Below, one piece after another: positions 1 through 9,916 of a stretch of DNA of 64,000 bases; position 1 is the stretch's first letter, and every line of letters begins with the position of its first letter. The notes under the pieces are model-generated. The model did no database searches, had not been told where the DNA came from, and was given only the letters and a program-made list of their open reading frames with translations. The DNA lies in NCBI GenBank assembly GCA_043803405.1, contig JAZDKB010000019.1, forward strand, positions 128,001 through 192,000, written 5' to 3'. Source of the stretch: Spirochaetota bacterium. Lineage in GTDB: Bacteria; Spirochaetota; UBA4802; JAFGDQ01. The position numbers were made by a program, and so were the translations under genes.

Positions 1-465
1 ACACAAGGGATGAAACCGGAGAAGTCGGATTTTCTTGTTAAAAGCTATCAGGAAATGGTTTTGTTATTATGTAATTTTCCAGAACTGATAGAACAGGCAA
101 AAATGGATCTTAATATAGAAGAATTCCCGGATCCGGTGTCAAAAAATATTTTTACTAAATTAACGGAATTATATTCAAATAACGAGAAAATATCCATAGA
201 TAAAATATACGATTTTTTTCCGGACGGGGATGAAAAATCGGTTCTTGAAAAGAACAACTGCAGCGTAGATGATTCTGAAGCCGCATATTATGATTATACA
301 AAAAGATATATTAGAATAAAAGTTGAACATATTGAGAAAAAGATAGATTACTATGAAAAGATTATAAATAATCCCGGCAAATTAAGCAGCAGGGAATTGA
401 ACGATTGTCTTATTGAATACCAGGTGTGGCAGAGAGAAAGAGACAAGCTTTCGTCGCATTTGTAA
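1..465 (+). CDS. dnaG: DNA primase, C-terminal part (5'-truncated by window edge)
   Basis: Frame open from base 1; helical C-terminal region directly upstream of rpoD, the conserved dnaG-rpoD order. Confidence 0.7.
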   Translation, partial: TQGMKPEKSDFLVKSYQEMVLLLCNFPELIEQAKMDLNIEEFPDPVSKNIFTKLTELYSNNEKISIDKIYDFFPDGDEKSVLEKNNCSVDDSEAAYYDYTKRYIRIKVEHIEKKIDYYEKIINNPGKLSSRELNDCLIEYQVWQRERDKLSSHL

Positions 466-545
466 ACTCTGCTGAAGATTCGGATTATTTAAGGGGCATA
501 GAAGCTGATATATTATAAAAATTTATATTTTAATGAAGGAGTGTT

Positions 546-2315
546 ATGAAGGAAGGAGAATTCGCGTTAGAAAAACTTGCGGAAGTTAAAAAGCTAATTC
601 AGCTGGCAAAATCGAACAGTGAAATAACTTATGATGAGATAAACGATATTCTGCCGGATAAGCTGCTGAACTCGGAGAAAATAGACGATATTTTTATTTT
701 GTTGAACCAGCTCGGAATTGAGGTAGTTGAAGAAACATCCAGAAAACCGATGGGGATTGCCTCTGTAAAGAAGAAGGAGCCAAGCGCTGCTAAAAAAACG
801 TCTTCTGTAGCAACAGACTCGGCTTCTATTGACGATCCGGTGAGACTGTATCTTAAGGAAATAGGCAGGGTGTCGCTATTATCCGGAGATGAAGAAGTTG
901 ATCTTGCCAAAAGAATAGAAGAGGGCGAGAATATAATAGAAAATGCGATTCTTAATTCAACGCTCCTTGTTAATGATTTAATCAGAAATTATCCGAAGGT
1001 TAAAAGCGGTAAGATAAAACTGACCGATGTTATGAGGGTTTCCAAGCTGTACTATTTTTCATCAGTCGACATAAAGGCTCTGGAACGCAAATATGCGTCC
1101 AGGATGAATGTTATACTGGCTAATGATAAAAAGGTGCTGCAGCTTGAAAATAAAATGAAAAGGATAGGGAACGATGCTCAGAAGACGAAGGACTGTAAAG
1201 AGAAGATCGACAAGCTAATCGAATCCAGCTGCGAGTCGATCAGAGAAATGGGCATTAATCAGAATGAAATAGGGAAGGTTTCCAATAAAATACAGTCAAT
1301 GGTCAGCAGGCTGAACGATACATACGATATGTTTCTGGAGATCACGAAAAAATATGGCAAGTCCGTTAAAGAATTAAAACAAATTGCCCGCAAAGTGGAA
1401 AAGGACGGGCACTCCAAACAGAACATAAAGGCATTCGGCCTGAAAGATAAAGAGGAACTGGTTCAGCTTGTTAAAGAGATCAGAAATAACGAGAGAAAAA
1501 TAAGAAGAATAGAGCAGGAAGCAGGCGCCACGGTTGAGCAGATTATGGAATGGGGGAAACAGATTGAACTAGGGCAAAGAAAGATTTCCATAGCAAAGAA
1601 AGGATTGATCAAAGCCAACCTGAGACTGGTTGTAGCCATAGCAAAGAAGTATGCCAACAGAGGAATGCATTTTTTTGATCTTGTTCAGGAAGGCAATATA
1701 GGACTGATTAAAGCTGTTGATAAATTTGAATACCGCAAGGGATATAAGTTTTCAACTTATGCGACATGGTGGATAAGGCAGGCTATTACAAGAGCCATCT
1801 CGGATCAGGGCAGGACGATACGCGTTCCGGTACACATGATAGAGCAGATAAATAAAGTAATGAGAGAGACGAGATTATTCCAGCAGGAGTTCGGCAGGGA
1901 ACCTACTTCCGAGGAACTTGCAGACAGGCTCGGATGGCCGCTCTCCAGGGTAAAAGGGGTAAAGAATATTGCGCGGGAGCCGATTTCCCTGGAAACTCCC
2001 GTAGGGGAAGAAGAGGACTCGCTTCTAGGCGACTTTATTGAAGATAAGGAAGTTGACTCACCGGCCAATACTGCTGCATATAATTTGTTGTCCGAGCAGA
2101 TCGATTCAGTGTTAAGCACTCTGCCGGCAAGGGAGCAGAAGGTAATCAGGATGAGGTTCGGACTGGATGACGGGTATTCCCATACTCTTGAAGAAGTAGG
2201 TTATGTTTTTAAAGTCACAAGAGAGCGTATCCGGCAGATAGAAGCCAAAGCTCTGAGAAGGCTAAGGCATCCCACAAGAACAAGAAAGCTCAAAGATTAT
2301 CTGGATGGTTTTTAA
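546..2315 (+). CDS. rpoD: RNA polymerase primary sigma factor (sigma70)
   Basis: Region 1.1, [38 protein letters not shown], region 4 [32 protein letters not shown]. Confidence 0.98.
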   Translation: MKEGEFALEKLAEVKKLIQLAKSNSEITYDEINDILPDKLLNSEKIDDIFILLNQLGIEVVEETSRKPMGIASVKKKEPSAAKKTSSVATDSASIDDPVRLYLKEIGRVSLLSGDEEVDLAKRIEEGENIIENAILNSTLLVNDLIRNYPKVKSGKIKLTDVMRVSKLYYFSSVDIKALERKYASRMNVILANDKKVLQLENKMKRIGNDAQKTKDCKEKIDKLIESSCESIREMGINQNEIGKVSNKIQSMVSRLNDTYDMFLEITKKYGKSVKELKQIARKVEKDGHSKQNIKAFGLKDKEELVQLVKEIRNNERKIRRIEQEAGATVEQIMEWGKQIELGQRKISIAKKGLIKANLRLVVAIAKKYANRGMHFFDLVQEGNIGLIKAVDKFEYRKGYKFSTYATWWIRQAITRAISDQGRTIRVPVHMIEQINKVMRETRLFQQEFGREPTSEELADRLGWPLSRVKGVKNIAREPISLETPVGEEEDSLLGDFIEDKEVDSPANTAAYNLLSEQIDSVLSTLPAREQKVIRMRFGLDDGYSHTLEEVGYVFKVTRERIRQIEAKALRRLRHPTRTRKLKDYLDGF

Positions 2316-2408
2316 GCTAATCCAGAAATTTATCTAAAAATTCAAATACTTCGTTTAAGGAATTTGCGATATGCATATCGCTTCCTTTCCTGTCGTCTAT
2401 GTTTAATT

Positions 2409-3365
2409 TCATTTGAGAATATCTCCTGTTGCCAGGTAATTCTCAAAAGTGAGGAGCTTGTCCCACAGGCTGTAAATATATTCTTTTGTATCTATTTTTA
2501 ATCTAATTGAATGATAAGGAATATTAACTGACTTGTATAAAAATTCAAGTTTTTGCGCGCTGGTTTTAAATGTGTCCTTCTTATTAATCTTTTCGAGCAC
2601 AATATAATCCCTGATTGAGAGCGCAAGGCATCTGGAATTATGCCTGTAATTTTCACTTAGTATTTTTAATACCTCATCAGAAACTTCAAGGAGAGAATGA
2701 ATGCCAGTATGATTAAATATTTTTTCAAGCATGTTGAAAACAAATAACGTAACTCTTACCGAATGCACATCATCAATGTTATTGTTAAGGTAATTCTCAA
2801 CCTCTTTTGAAACATTGTTAAAATAGTTATCTTTAAATTGTTCCGTTTTATCGAGTAAAACAGAGAACACATATTTAATCAGTTTTGCCAGAAAAATGAA
2901 TTTATCTTCAGAAAAAAATACAGATGATGAAACAGATGCGAAAACTGTCTTTGCTGATTCATCCGAAAAAACCGGGAAAACAAAAATGTTATACGGGAAG
3001 TTTTCATCTGACGAAGGGATTTGAAATATTTCATTGTCCGAAATAGTTTCCGTATTATCTGCGATCGATTTCATAGTGTTTGAGTTAAGATTGTTGTCCC
3101 CGTAATAAGCCATATAATATATATTATTTTTACTTAAATTGTAGATGCCGGATAACAGGGAATAGTTTTCGATGTTGTTATAATAACATAATCCTTCTAC
3201 CTGGTTGAGGCTTTCGTTTTTTTTATATTTATTCGCAGTATTATTATATTTACTGCACAGGTTATTGTATTCTTCCAATGCATCATTGCGGGAAAGTTTG
3301 CCTTCTGCAAAATCTTTTAATGACTTGCTGACCGATACAATGAGATTATCAATATCTTTCGACAT
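2409..3365 (-). CDS. hypothetical protein, possible degenerate GGDEF-like C-terminus
   Basis: 318-aa ORF with RBS GGAGA; no intact catalytic motif. Confidence 0.7.
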   Translation of the reverse strand: MSKDIDNLIVSVSKSLKDFAEGKLSRNDALEEYNNLCSKYNNTANKYKKNESLNQVEGLCYYNNIENYSLLSGIYNLSKNNIYYMAYYGDNNLNSNTMKSIADNTETISDNEIFQIPSSDENFPYNIFVFPVFSDESAKTVFASVSSSVFFSEDKFIFLAKLIKYVFSVLLDKTEQFKDNYFNNVSKEVENYLNNNIDDVHSVRVTLFVFNMLEKIFNHTGIHSLLEVSDEVLKILSENYRHNSRCLALSIRDYIVLEKINKKDTFKTSAQKLEFLYKSVNIPYHSIRLKIDTKEYIYSLWDKLLTFENYLATGDILK

Positions 3366-3445
3366 ATTTTCTCCGGCTGATTTTTTTTCCTGATTATTTT
3401 TGCATATTGAATTAATCCAATAACATTAAAAATGCAAGAATAATT

Positions 3446-4774
3446 TTAAATTGCTTTTATAAGCTTTTTTGCAATGCCGTAAATTCTGAAAGACCCTGTT
3501 ATAACGAGCAAAATATCCGGTTCTAATGATGAACGAATCTTTTCCTTTAGTTTTTTAAAATCACTTATGGAAATGATATTGTTATATAATGATTTTCTAC
3601 TGCTTTTTAACTCAGGGATTTTAAAGCACCTAACATCGTCCAGCTCATAATAAAAGATATTCCCAGTAAGCTCCTTTTGTAATATTTTGAACATTAAAGT
3701 ATGGTCTTTGTCGGTCATGAATGATACCAGCACGCTGTATTTTTTTTCCGGGTAAAGCTCTTTAATCGCTCTGACTACGGAAGTTATCGCAGCAGTATTA
3801 TGCGCCGGGTCGAAAATGATGAGCGGGTCCACGGACAGCGTCTGCAGGCGGCCGGGGATGTGTGCGTTTCGGAGCCCTTTGCGTATATCGCGTTCGGTTA
3901 CTATAATGCCGGATTTCGTTAGCAGAAGCGATGACGTAATCGCGAGTGATGCGTTGATTACCTGGAATTTGCCAGGGATTGGCAGTTCAACTTTATTAAA
4001 AGCGAAAGTATTAGGTGTTTCATTACTATCTTTTTTTAAAAGATAATCAAAAGATGTTCTTTTATTATTGTTTAAAGTTGTTATATTTTCTGTAAGAAAA
4101 TTTTTTTTTAAAGCATACAGCTCCGAGTGTTCCAGCTTTGATTTTTGAGCGAGCATATTTAAAATTTTTTTATTTTGATTTGAAGTAACAACAACAGTAT
4201 TTTTTTTTATTATACCTGCCTTTTCGTGTGCTATTTCATTAAGAGTTCTTCCAAGGATATGAGTATGGTCCAGTGATATGTCGGTTATCACTGAGATTTC
4301 CGGAGATATAACATTCGTAGAATCCAGCCGTCCGCCCAGGCCGGCTTCTATTACTGCTATTTCCGCTTTCTCTTCAAAAAAAAATCTGAAAGCGAACAAT
4401 GTTAAAGCGTCAAAATAGGTCGGATGAAGATTTTTGTTTTTTGCGAGAACAGTAAAAAGCTCATTTGTGTATTTAACCAATTGTCGAGAAGGTATTTCCA
4501 TGTTGCTTATTTTTATTCGTTCGTTAATACGGACAAGATGCGGCGATGTGTAAAGCCCGGTCCTTTTTCCTGAGGCGATCAAAATGCTGTTAAGCATGTA
4601 GGCTACGGAACCTTTTCCGTTTGTTCCGGCTATATGTATTGTTTTTATTTTTTTATGAGGATTCCCGAAAAGTTTTAGAAGTTTTTCAATATCATTTAAA
4701 TTATAGTTTTTAAAATTATTACCGGATTTTTCATTGTTGATAAGAGTGTCTAATTTTTTTATTATCGGGTGCAT
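3446..4774 (-). CDS. folC: folylpolyglutamate synthase/dihydrofolate synthase
   Basis: IHIAGTNGKGS, YTSPHL, EAGLGGRLDSTN, DPAHN motifs. Confidence 0.95.
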   Translation of the reverse strand: MHPIIKKLDTLINNEKSGNNFKNYNLNDIEKLLKLFGNPHKKIKTIHIAGTNGKGSVAYMLNSILIASGKRTGLYTSPHLVRINERIKISNMEIPSRQLVKYTNELFTVLAKNKNLHPTYFDALTLFAFRFFFEEKAEIAVIEAGLGGRLDSTNVISPEISVITDISLDHTHILGRTLNEIAHEKAGIIKKNTVVVTSNQNKKILNMLAQKSKLEHSELYALKKNFLTENITTLNNNKRTSFDYLLKKDSNETPNTFAFNKVELPIPGKFQVINASLAITSSLLLTKSGIIVTERDIRKGLRNAHIPGRLQTLSVDPLIIFDPAHNTAAITSVVRAIKELYPEKKYSVLVSFMTDKDHTLMFKILQKELTGNIFYYELDDVRCFKIPELKSSRKSLYNNIISISDFKKLKEKIRSSLEPDILLVITGSFRIYGIAKKLIKAI

Positions 4775-4822
4775 AATAAGTCTGGCTTAATTAAAGTGTC
4801 CTAGCGGAAGCTTGATAATCCG

Positions 4823-5698
4823 CTATATAACTGTGTTGTTAAGATATTTTTTTACGGCTTTTTCCATGACGGATACAGGCGCTTTTTTACCAGTCCATAT
4901 TTCGAACTGCCGTGCGCCCTGATTTACGAGCATATCAATGCCATATATTATTTTACATCCCTTGCTTTTGCTTGTTTTAAGAAGACTGGTTGCATGAGGC
5001 GAATAAACAATGTCGAATACAGTGTGTTCTTTTTGAATAAGATCAGGATCGATGGGGATACTGTCCTTATCCGGCAGCATGCCGACCGGCGTTGTATTAA
5101 TAATTACATTCGTTTTCCGTGTGCTGTCTTCATTAAGTTCATCTGTAAGAATATAATCAATTTGTTTATGTTTTTTTCTGATATCCTTAACCAGATGCAA
5201 TATTCTTTTCTTATTCCTGCCCGCAATGGTAACTTTAGCACCGCCGCTTAAAAGAGCGAAGGCGATAGCCCTTGCCGAGCCGCCGTTTCCGAGCAAAAGC
5301 GCGTTTAGTCCCCTTATTTGAACGCCGTTCTTTACAAGCGCTTCCACGGCTCCTGTACCGTCTGTATTGTATCCGCAGATTTTCCCGTGGTCATTACAGA
5401 GAGTGTTTATTGATCCGATATCCAGCGCAAGCGGATCGATTGTATCGGCATATTTAAGAGCTGAGGTCTTGAACGGGATTGTGATGCTGGCGCCCCGGAT
5501 GTTTAACTCTCTCATGGCTGCAACTGCGTTTTTAATGCTGCCCGCCTCAAAGGCAACATAGACTGCGTCAATGCCCAGCTCCCTGAAAGCGGCATTGTGC
5601 ATAGCCGGTGAAAGCGAGTGTTTAACAGGGTTCCCGAAAATGCAATAGACTCCTGTGCCTGCGTTGATTTTTGAAATATTATTTTTTTTCATTTGCAT
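4823..5698 (-). CDS. aroE: shikimate dehydrogenase
   Basis: GNPVKHSLSPAMHN, TIPFK, GYNTDG, GNGGSARA, INTTPVGM, DIVYSP. Confidence 0.96.
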   Translation of the reverse strand: MQMKKNNISKINAGTGVYCIFGNPVKHSLSPAMHNAAFRELGIDAVYVAFEAGSIKNAVAAMRELNIRGASITIPFKTSALKYADTIDPLALDIGSINTLCNDHGKICGYNTDGTGAVEALVKNGVQIRGLNALLLGNGGSARAIAFALLSGGAKVTIAGRNKKRILHLVKDIRKKHKQIDYILTDELNEDSTRKTNVIINTTPVGMLPDKDSIPIDPDLIQKEHTVFDIVYSPHATSLLKTSKSKGCKIIYGIDMLVNQGARQFEIWTGKKAPVSVMEKAVKKYLNNTVI

Positions 5699-5777
5699 AA
5701 CAGTTTACATCTTCTGCGATAAAAGCTTATCTTGATATTATGCGCAAGTATTTTTTACATATTAGGGGCAGGTTATG

Positions 5778-5819
5778 TAACCTAATGTGTAAAGGCAATC
5801 GCTGTTACACATTAGGTTA
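5778..5819. terminator. 15-bp inverted repeat just after the YeeE/YedE pair (probable terminator/hairpin)
   Basis: TAACCTAATGTGTAA (5778-5792) / TTACACATTAGGTTA (5805-5819); no clear U-tract. Confidence 0.45.
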
Positions 5820-5826
5820 TTTTGCA

Positions 5827-6390
5827 TTAAAGGCCGCGCTTTTGCAAAAATTTAAGGAAGAAGATAATTGCAGCGCAGATAATAAATATAAGAATCCAGT
5901 GGAAAGGCGCGCTTAACCCGGCTATATCGGGTAAGGTTATTTTGCCATAGGATCCCAATTTAAATAATGAATCCTTTAATGAAGAATAGGCTTTTGCATA
6001 AATGCCTGCTCCTGCAAGCATGCCAGGAATAGCCCCGAATAAAGCGTCAAACCGGCCTTCGGAAACAGCACCTATTCCTGTTGTCGGGCAATATCCTGCA
6101 ATGGCGAATCCTATACCGAAAATAAGACCTCCAAGAATATTTGCGCCAACATAAGTTGATTTTGGCTTCAGTGTAAGTATGCCGATATCCCTGAAAAAAT
6201 AAATACCTATCATGCCAACAATTATTGCGGTCAGCATAACTTTAATCATTGTAAAGTCTTTAAGCCTTAATTGGCCTACAATTGTTTCATAGCGGGTCAT
6301 TCTGCTTTTTTGAATCGAAAATCCAAAAATAATACCAATAAGCAAACCTGCTATAAGTTTAAGTTCCGGTGATGAAATAAAAGGAGCCAT
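5827..6390 (-). CDS. YeeE/YedE family (thiosulfate/sulfur compound transporter) half-protein, Cys form
   Basis: GLLIGIIFGF..., GGLIFGIGFAIAGYCPTTG motif; hydrophobic helices; SD GGAGG. Confidence 0.9.
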   Translation of the reverse strand: MAPFISSPELKLIAGLLIGIIFGFSIQKSRMTRYETIVGQLRLKDFTMIKVMLTAIIVGMIGIYFFRDIGILTLKPKSTYVGANILGGLIFGIGFAIAGYCPTTGIGAVSEGRFDALFGAIPGMLAGAGIYAKAYSSLKDSLFKLGSYGKITLPDIAGLSAPFHWILIFIICAAIIFFLKFLQKRGL

Positions 6391-6908
6391 TATTTACCTC
6401 CTTTCCCATACATTATACGGGCTGTAATGATACCCGTTAAAAACATAAAAGGTACAGTAAGCCAGCTGCTTACTGCAAGCTGCAGGATCCCACTGATCCC
6501 GTGTCCCAGTGGTCAACCGTCTGCCATGCGGGCGCCGAACATAAGTATAATTCCGCCAACGAAAGCAAACAGCCAGCGGCGCAGCCTGCCTGTTCCGAAA
6601 CGTTTTTCCCACATTTCAGGGATGAACCTGTTTGCCATGTTACCTGAAAGTTTTGCTGAGATAAATGCTCCGATCAGGCATCCGATCACAAACATCCATT
6701 GCCAGTCAATCATCGGTGTTTCTTTAATGTAGTAAGGCAGGTTTTTAACGTATTCCGGTGCAAAGATTTTTTCAATCATACCGGATGTGCGCACATAGGA
6801 GGTTGACGCGCCGAGCGGCGCTATTGCCAGAAAAGCTATCCAGCTTAAAAGCCCGATTATCACTCCTCCTGCATACGGCGACCAGCTTTCTTTTTTTAAC
6901 CAGTTCAT
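6390..6908 (-). CDS. YeeE/YedE family half-protein, probable selenoprotein (in-frame TGA at 6513-6515)
   Basis: ATG at 6908 with RBS CAGGAG; WSPY.GG, LGAST, GARMADG-TGA-PLGHGISG matches the family GARxAxGCxSGHGxSG motif; frame continues through a hydrophobic helix to TAA 6390-6392 overlapping the next ATG. Confidence 0.85.
6483..6512 (-). promoter_or_regulatory. candidate bacterial SECIS hairpin
   Basis: CGGGAUC-AGUGG-GAUCCUG stem-loop starting 11 nt after the UGA, G at loop position 2. Confidence 0.6.
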
Positions 6909-7229
6909 ATATATCTCCTGATTATAAAAAATTTTAAACTCGCGAATAATAATTTTTAATTTTATTATTTCCGTACGACTTTTTGTTGATTTTAAAATGA
7001 TAAAGTTAAAAATGAAGAAAGTCAATTTTATTTCACAAATTCTGTAATTGTTTATTGAATATTAGTATAGTGCGCGAACAGATATCCGGCATCGAATCCG
7101 GAAGAAGGCCGGATTGCTCCGGCACAGATTGTTGCGGGAAAACCATAAGTTAAATATAAACTTTTATTTTTCTTGACGGATTTTATACTGAATTATTAGA
7201 GTATAAAAAAATCAATCAGGAGGCATGTT

Positions 7230-7511
7230 GTGTTTAAAAGAATTACAGGTTTCTTTGCAGTGGCTTTATTTTGTCTGGTATTGGCATGCGGAGGTAAGTC
7301 GGAAACGGCAGGCGGCCCACTGGACAAAATAAAAAATGGGATGACTTATGAGGAAATTGAAAAAATTATCGGGTCTAAAGGTGAAGCATCGAAAGATACA
7401 ACCGGCGGAGGAGAATTGTATACGTGGGATAATGTAAACGGTAACAGGCTTATTTTAATGTTTAAAGACGGAAAACTTGTTAATAAAATGGTTACATTGA
7501 AGCTGGATTAA
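7230..7511 (+). CDS. small lipoprotein (BLIP/BamE-like alpha-beta fold)
   Basis: Signal peptide with lipobox VLA-C; KIKNGMTYEEIEKIIG..Y.W..F.DGKLV pattern; RBS AGGAGG. Confidence 0.8.
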   Translation: MFKRITGFFAVALFCLVLACGGKSETAGGPLDKIKNGMTYEEIEKIIGSKGEASKDTTGGGELYTWDNVNGNRLILMFKDGKLVNKMVTLKLD

Positions 7512-7535
7512 TTTAAAATTTAATATATTTTTATT

Positions 7536-7563
7536 AAAAGGCAGCTCAATAGCTGCCTTTTTT
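7536..7563. terminator. bidirectional intrinsic terminator
   Basis: AAAAGGCAGCT-CAAT-AGCTGCCTTTTTT between convergent genes. Confidence 0.85.
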
Positions 7564-7663
7564 ATTTTGTACACTCACGGCGCAGGGTATATAAAATAAA
7601 ACAGCCCCTGCTTCTAACTGCAGAGGCTGTCTATTATTGACTAAGATATTGTAAGTTTTAAGC

Positions 7664-9244
7664 TTACTTTGCGCGAAGTTTAAAGCGCTGAATCTTTCCT
7701 GTCGGTGTTTTTGGAAGAGCGTCGATAAACTCAACCCAGCGCGGGTATTTGTACTTGGCCATTTTGTCAAGGCACCATTGCTGGAGTTCTTTTGCAAGAG
7801 CATCCGAGGGTTTTTGACCGGCTTTAAGCACAACCCATGCCTTTGGTTTAATAAGGTCTTTTTCGTCTGCTTTTGCCGTTACTGCTGCTTCAAGCACTGC
7901 CGCGTGCTCCATGAGGCATGCTTCAACTTCAACCGGGGATACCCAGATTCCGCCGACTTTCAGCATGTCGTCGCTGCGGCCTGCGCAGAAATAGTATCCG
8001 TCTTTGTCTTTGTAATATTTGTCGCCTGTGTTGAACCATTCGCCCTGCATTGTGGTGCGTGTTTTTGCGCGTTTTTTCCAGTACAGGATGGCTGCACTAT
8101 CGCATCTTACCATCATTGTGCCCGGTTCGTCCACTGCGGCTTCTTTGCCTTCGTCATTTATGATCTTGAGTTCATAGTTCGGAGTTGCTTTTCCGCTTGC
8201 GCCCGGTCTGATATCATTCGGACGGTTGGAAATGTATATGTGCAGCAGCTCTGTTGAGCCGATACCGTCTAAAATGTCTACGCCGTAACGGGCTTTCCAT
8301 TTGTTATAGAGTTCAGGAGGAAGTGCTTCTCCTGCCGATACGCACATGCGGATCGATTTGCCGTCGTGATCGTCTTTTGGCCCTGCATTTGTCAGCCCTT
8401 TTGCTTTATCTTGCTGATCCTGATACGCCAGCATTGCGCCGTAGAGGGTTGGTACCCCGAAATATACGGTGGGTTTAAATTTTTTAAACAGTTCGTACAT
8501 TCCGTCCGGTTTCGGTGCGCCCGAGTTGAGCACTGTTCCGCCGCCGACTGCGAAAGCAAAATAGCCGGCATTGCCGAGGCCATAAGCAAAGAATAGACGC
8601 GCTGCCGACAGGGTTATATCGGTTTCTTTCAGACCCAGTACGGCTTTGGCGTAATTATCAGCTACTGTCTGCATGTCTTTTTGCGCGTGTATTGCGCCTT
8701 TTGGTGCGCCTGTTGATCCTGAGCTGTATAGCCAGAAGCAGTTGTCATCAGCTGTTGTATATGCGCAATCAAGCTTGTCGGAAGCCATATTGTAAAGATG
8801 ACTGTATGGCAGGCTGAATCCTTTAACTTCGTTGAAAACTATAATGTCGCGAAGATATAAAAGGTCGTCTTTAATTGCTTCTATCTGAGGAAGAAGCGCA
8901 TCGGACACAACAAGAGTCTTTGCGCGGCTGTCATTCAAATAATACTTGTAATCATCCGGCATCAGCATTGTGTTGATCGGGATTGGATTAGCTCCAATCT
9001 TGATGGCGCCGTAGAATACGCCGAAAAACATTGGAACATCCAGTAAAAGAATCATGACGCGGTCATCAATTTCTATCCCCATTTTTAGAAGCATATTACC
9101 GGTCTTATTTACCATTGCCTGGAGTTCTTTATAAGTGTAGTTTTTTTGAGGCGAATAAACTGCCATCTTATCGCTGCGGCCTTCGCGTACGTTCCGGTCA
9201 ATTAACCAGTCGGTCGCGTTATAAAAATCTTCTCCGTATTGCAT
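7664..9244 (-). CDS. benzoate-CoA ligase family protein (aryl-CoA ligase)
   Basis: FWLYSSGSTGAPKG, LFFAYGLGN, SAGEALP, DGIGSTE, GRSDDMLKVGGIWVSPVEVE, LPKTPTGKIQRF. Confidence 0.92.
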   Translation of the reverse strand: MQYGEDFYNATDWLIDRNVREGRSDKMAVYSPQKNYTYKELQAMVNKTGNMLLKMGIEIDDRVMILLLDVPMFFGVFYGAIKIGANPIPINTMLMPDDYKYYLNDSRAKTLVVSDALLPQIEAIKDDLLYLRDIIVFNEVKGFSLPYSHLYNMASDKLDCAYTTADDNCFWLYSSGSTGAPKGAIHAQKDMQTVADNYAKAVLGLKETDITLSAARLFFAYGLGNAGYFAFAVGGGTVLNSGAPKPDGMYELFKKFKPTVYFGVPTLYGAMLAYQDQQDKAKGLTNAGPKDDHDGKSIRMCVSAGEALPPELYNKWKARYGVDILDGIGSTELLHIYISNRPNDIRPGASGKATPNYELKIINDEGKEAAVDEPGTMMVRCDSAAILYWKKRAKTRTTMQGEWFNTGDKYYKDKDGYYFCAGRSDDMLKVGGIWVSPVEVEACLMEHAAVLEAAVTAKADEKDLIKPKAWVVLKAGQKPSDALAKELQQWCLDKMAKYKYPRWVEFIDALPKTPTGKIQRFKLRAK

Positions 9245-9916
9245 GATACCCCCCTTGAGTATAAATTATATTTACTAAATCATATTGATATATGATTGGC
9301 GATCAACAATAAAAAAAGTCAACGAAATTTTCGTTATTTCATTACAATTTTTATTAAAAATCGGGATTAGCTTAACTTTCCGGCTCCGCTACGCATTAGT
9401 CCGGAAATAAAAATACGTTAATAAAAGGCTATATTTAATTTTTTTGTTGACTTTTAAATTTAATGGCATATCGTGTTGCGTATTATTCACGTTAAAAAAG
9501 AAGAAGTTCAGTAACCCTTCGTCCGGATATGCGACTTTGAACTGTGAATACGATGCTCATACAATCATACAGATAATAAATCCGGACGATAAAAATCTGA
9601 AGGAAGATATTTACAAGTAGATTCAGTCAGACACTGCCTAAAATTTAGTGGCTCAATATATAAGCTTACCAAAACAGCCACAGGAAAGATATATAGTTTA
9701 AAGCAAAATTTTTAATAAGGAGGTGAAATTTAAACAGAAGGACACCTGCAAGGCAAATAACCTGTAATAAGGATCAGGGGGGGATTTCCCTGTGTGTACG
9801 GGCAGAATTTTTGCTGCTTTTTTGGCAGGTGAAGAAAGAAAATTTTCCGGGTATTTACACGGAAGAGTATAAATTTAAGACTTAGCTGTAGCTTACATCA
9901 CGAAGGAGGTGACAGT

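Noticed and set aside
6513..6515. Alternative genetic code (UGA=Trp/Gly) as the explanation for the in-frame TGA
   Set aside because: Other genes end normally at TGA (e.g. tilS, the asnC-like gene, the antiporter), Trp is encoded by TGG, and no other long gene here contains an in-frame TGA
6394..6612. 72-aa minus-strand ORF as a frameshifted continuation of the YeeE gene
   Set aside because: No family similarity; the YeeE motif continues in the original frame straight through the TGA
6909..7025. N-terminal extension of the YeeE ORF in the ORF track
   Set aside because: AT-rich promoter-like sequence; the RBS and family-like start are at ATG 6908
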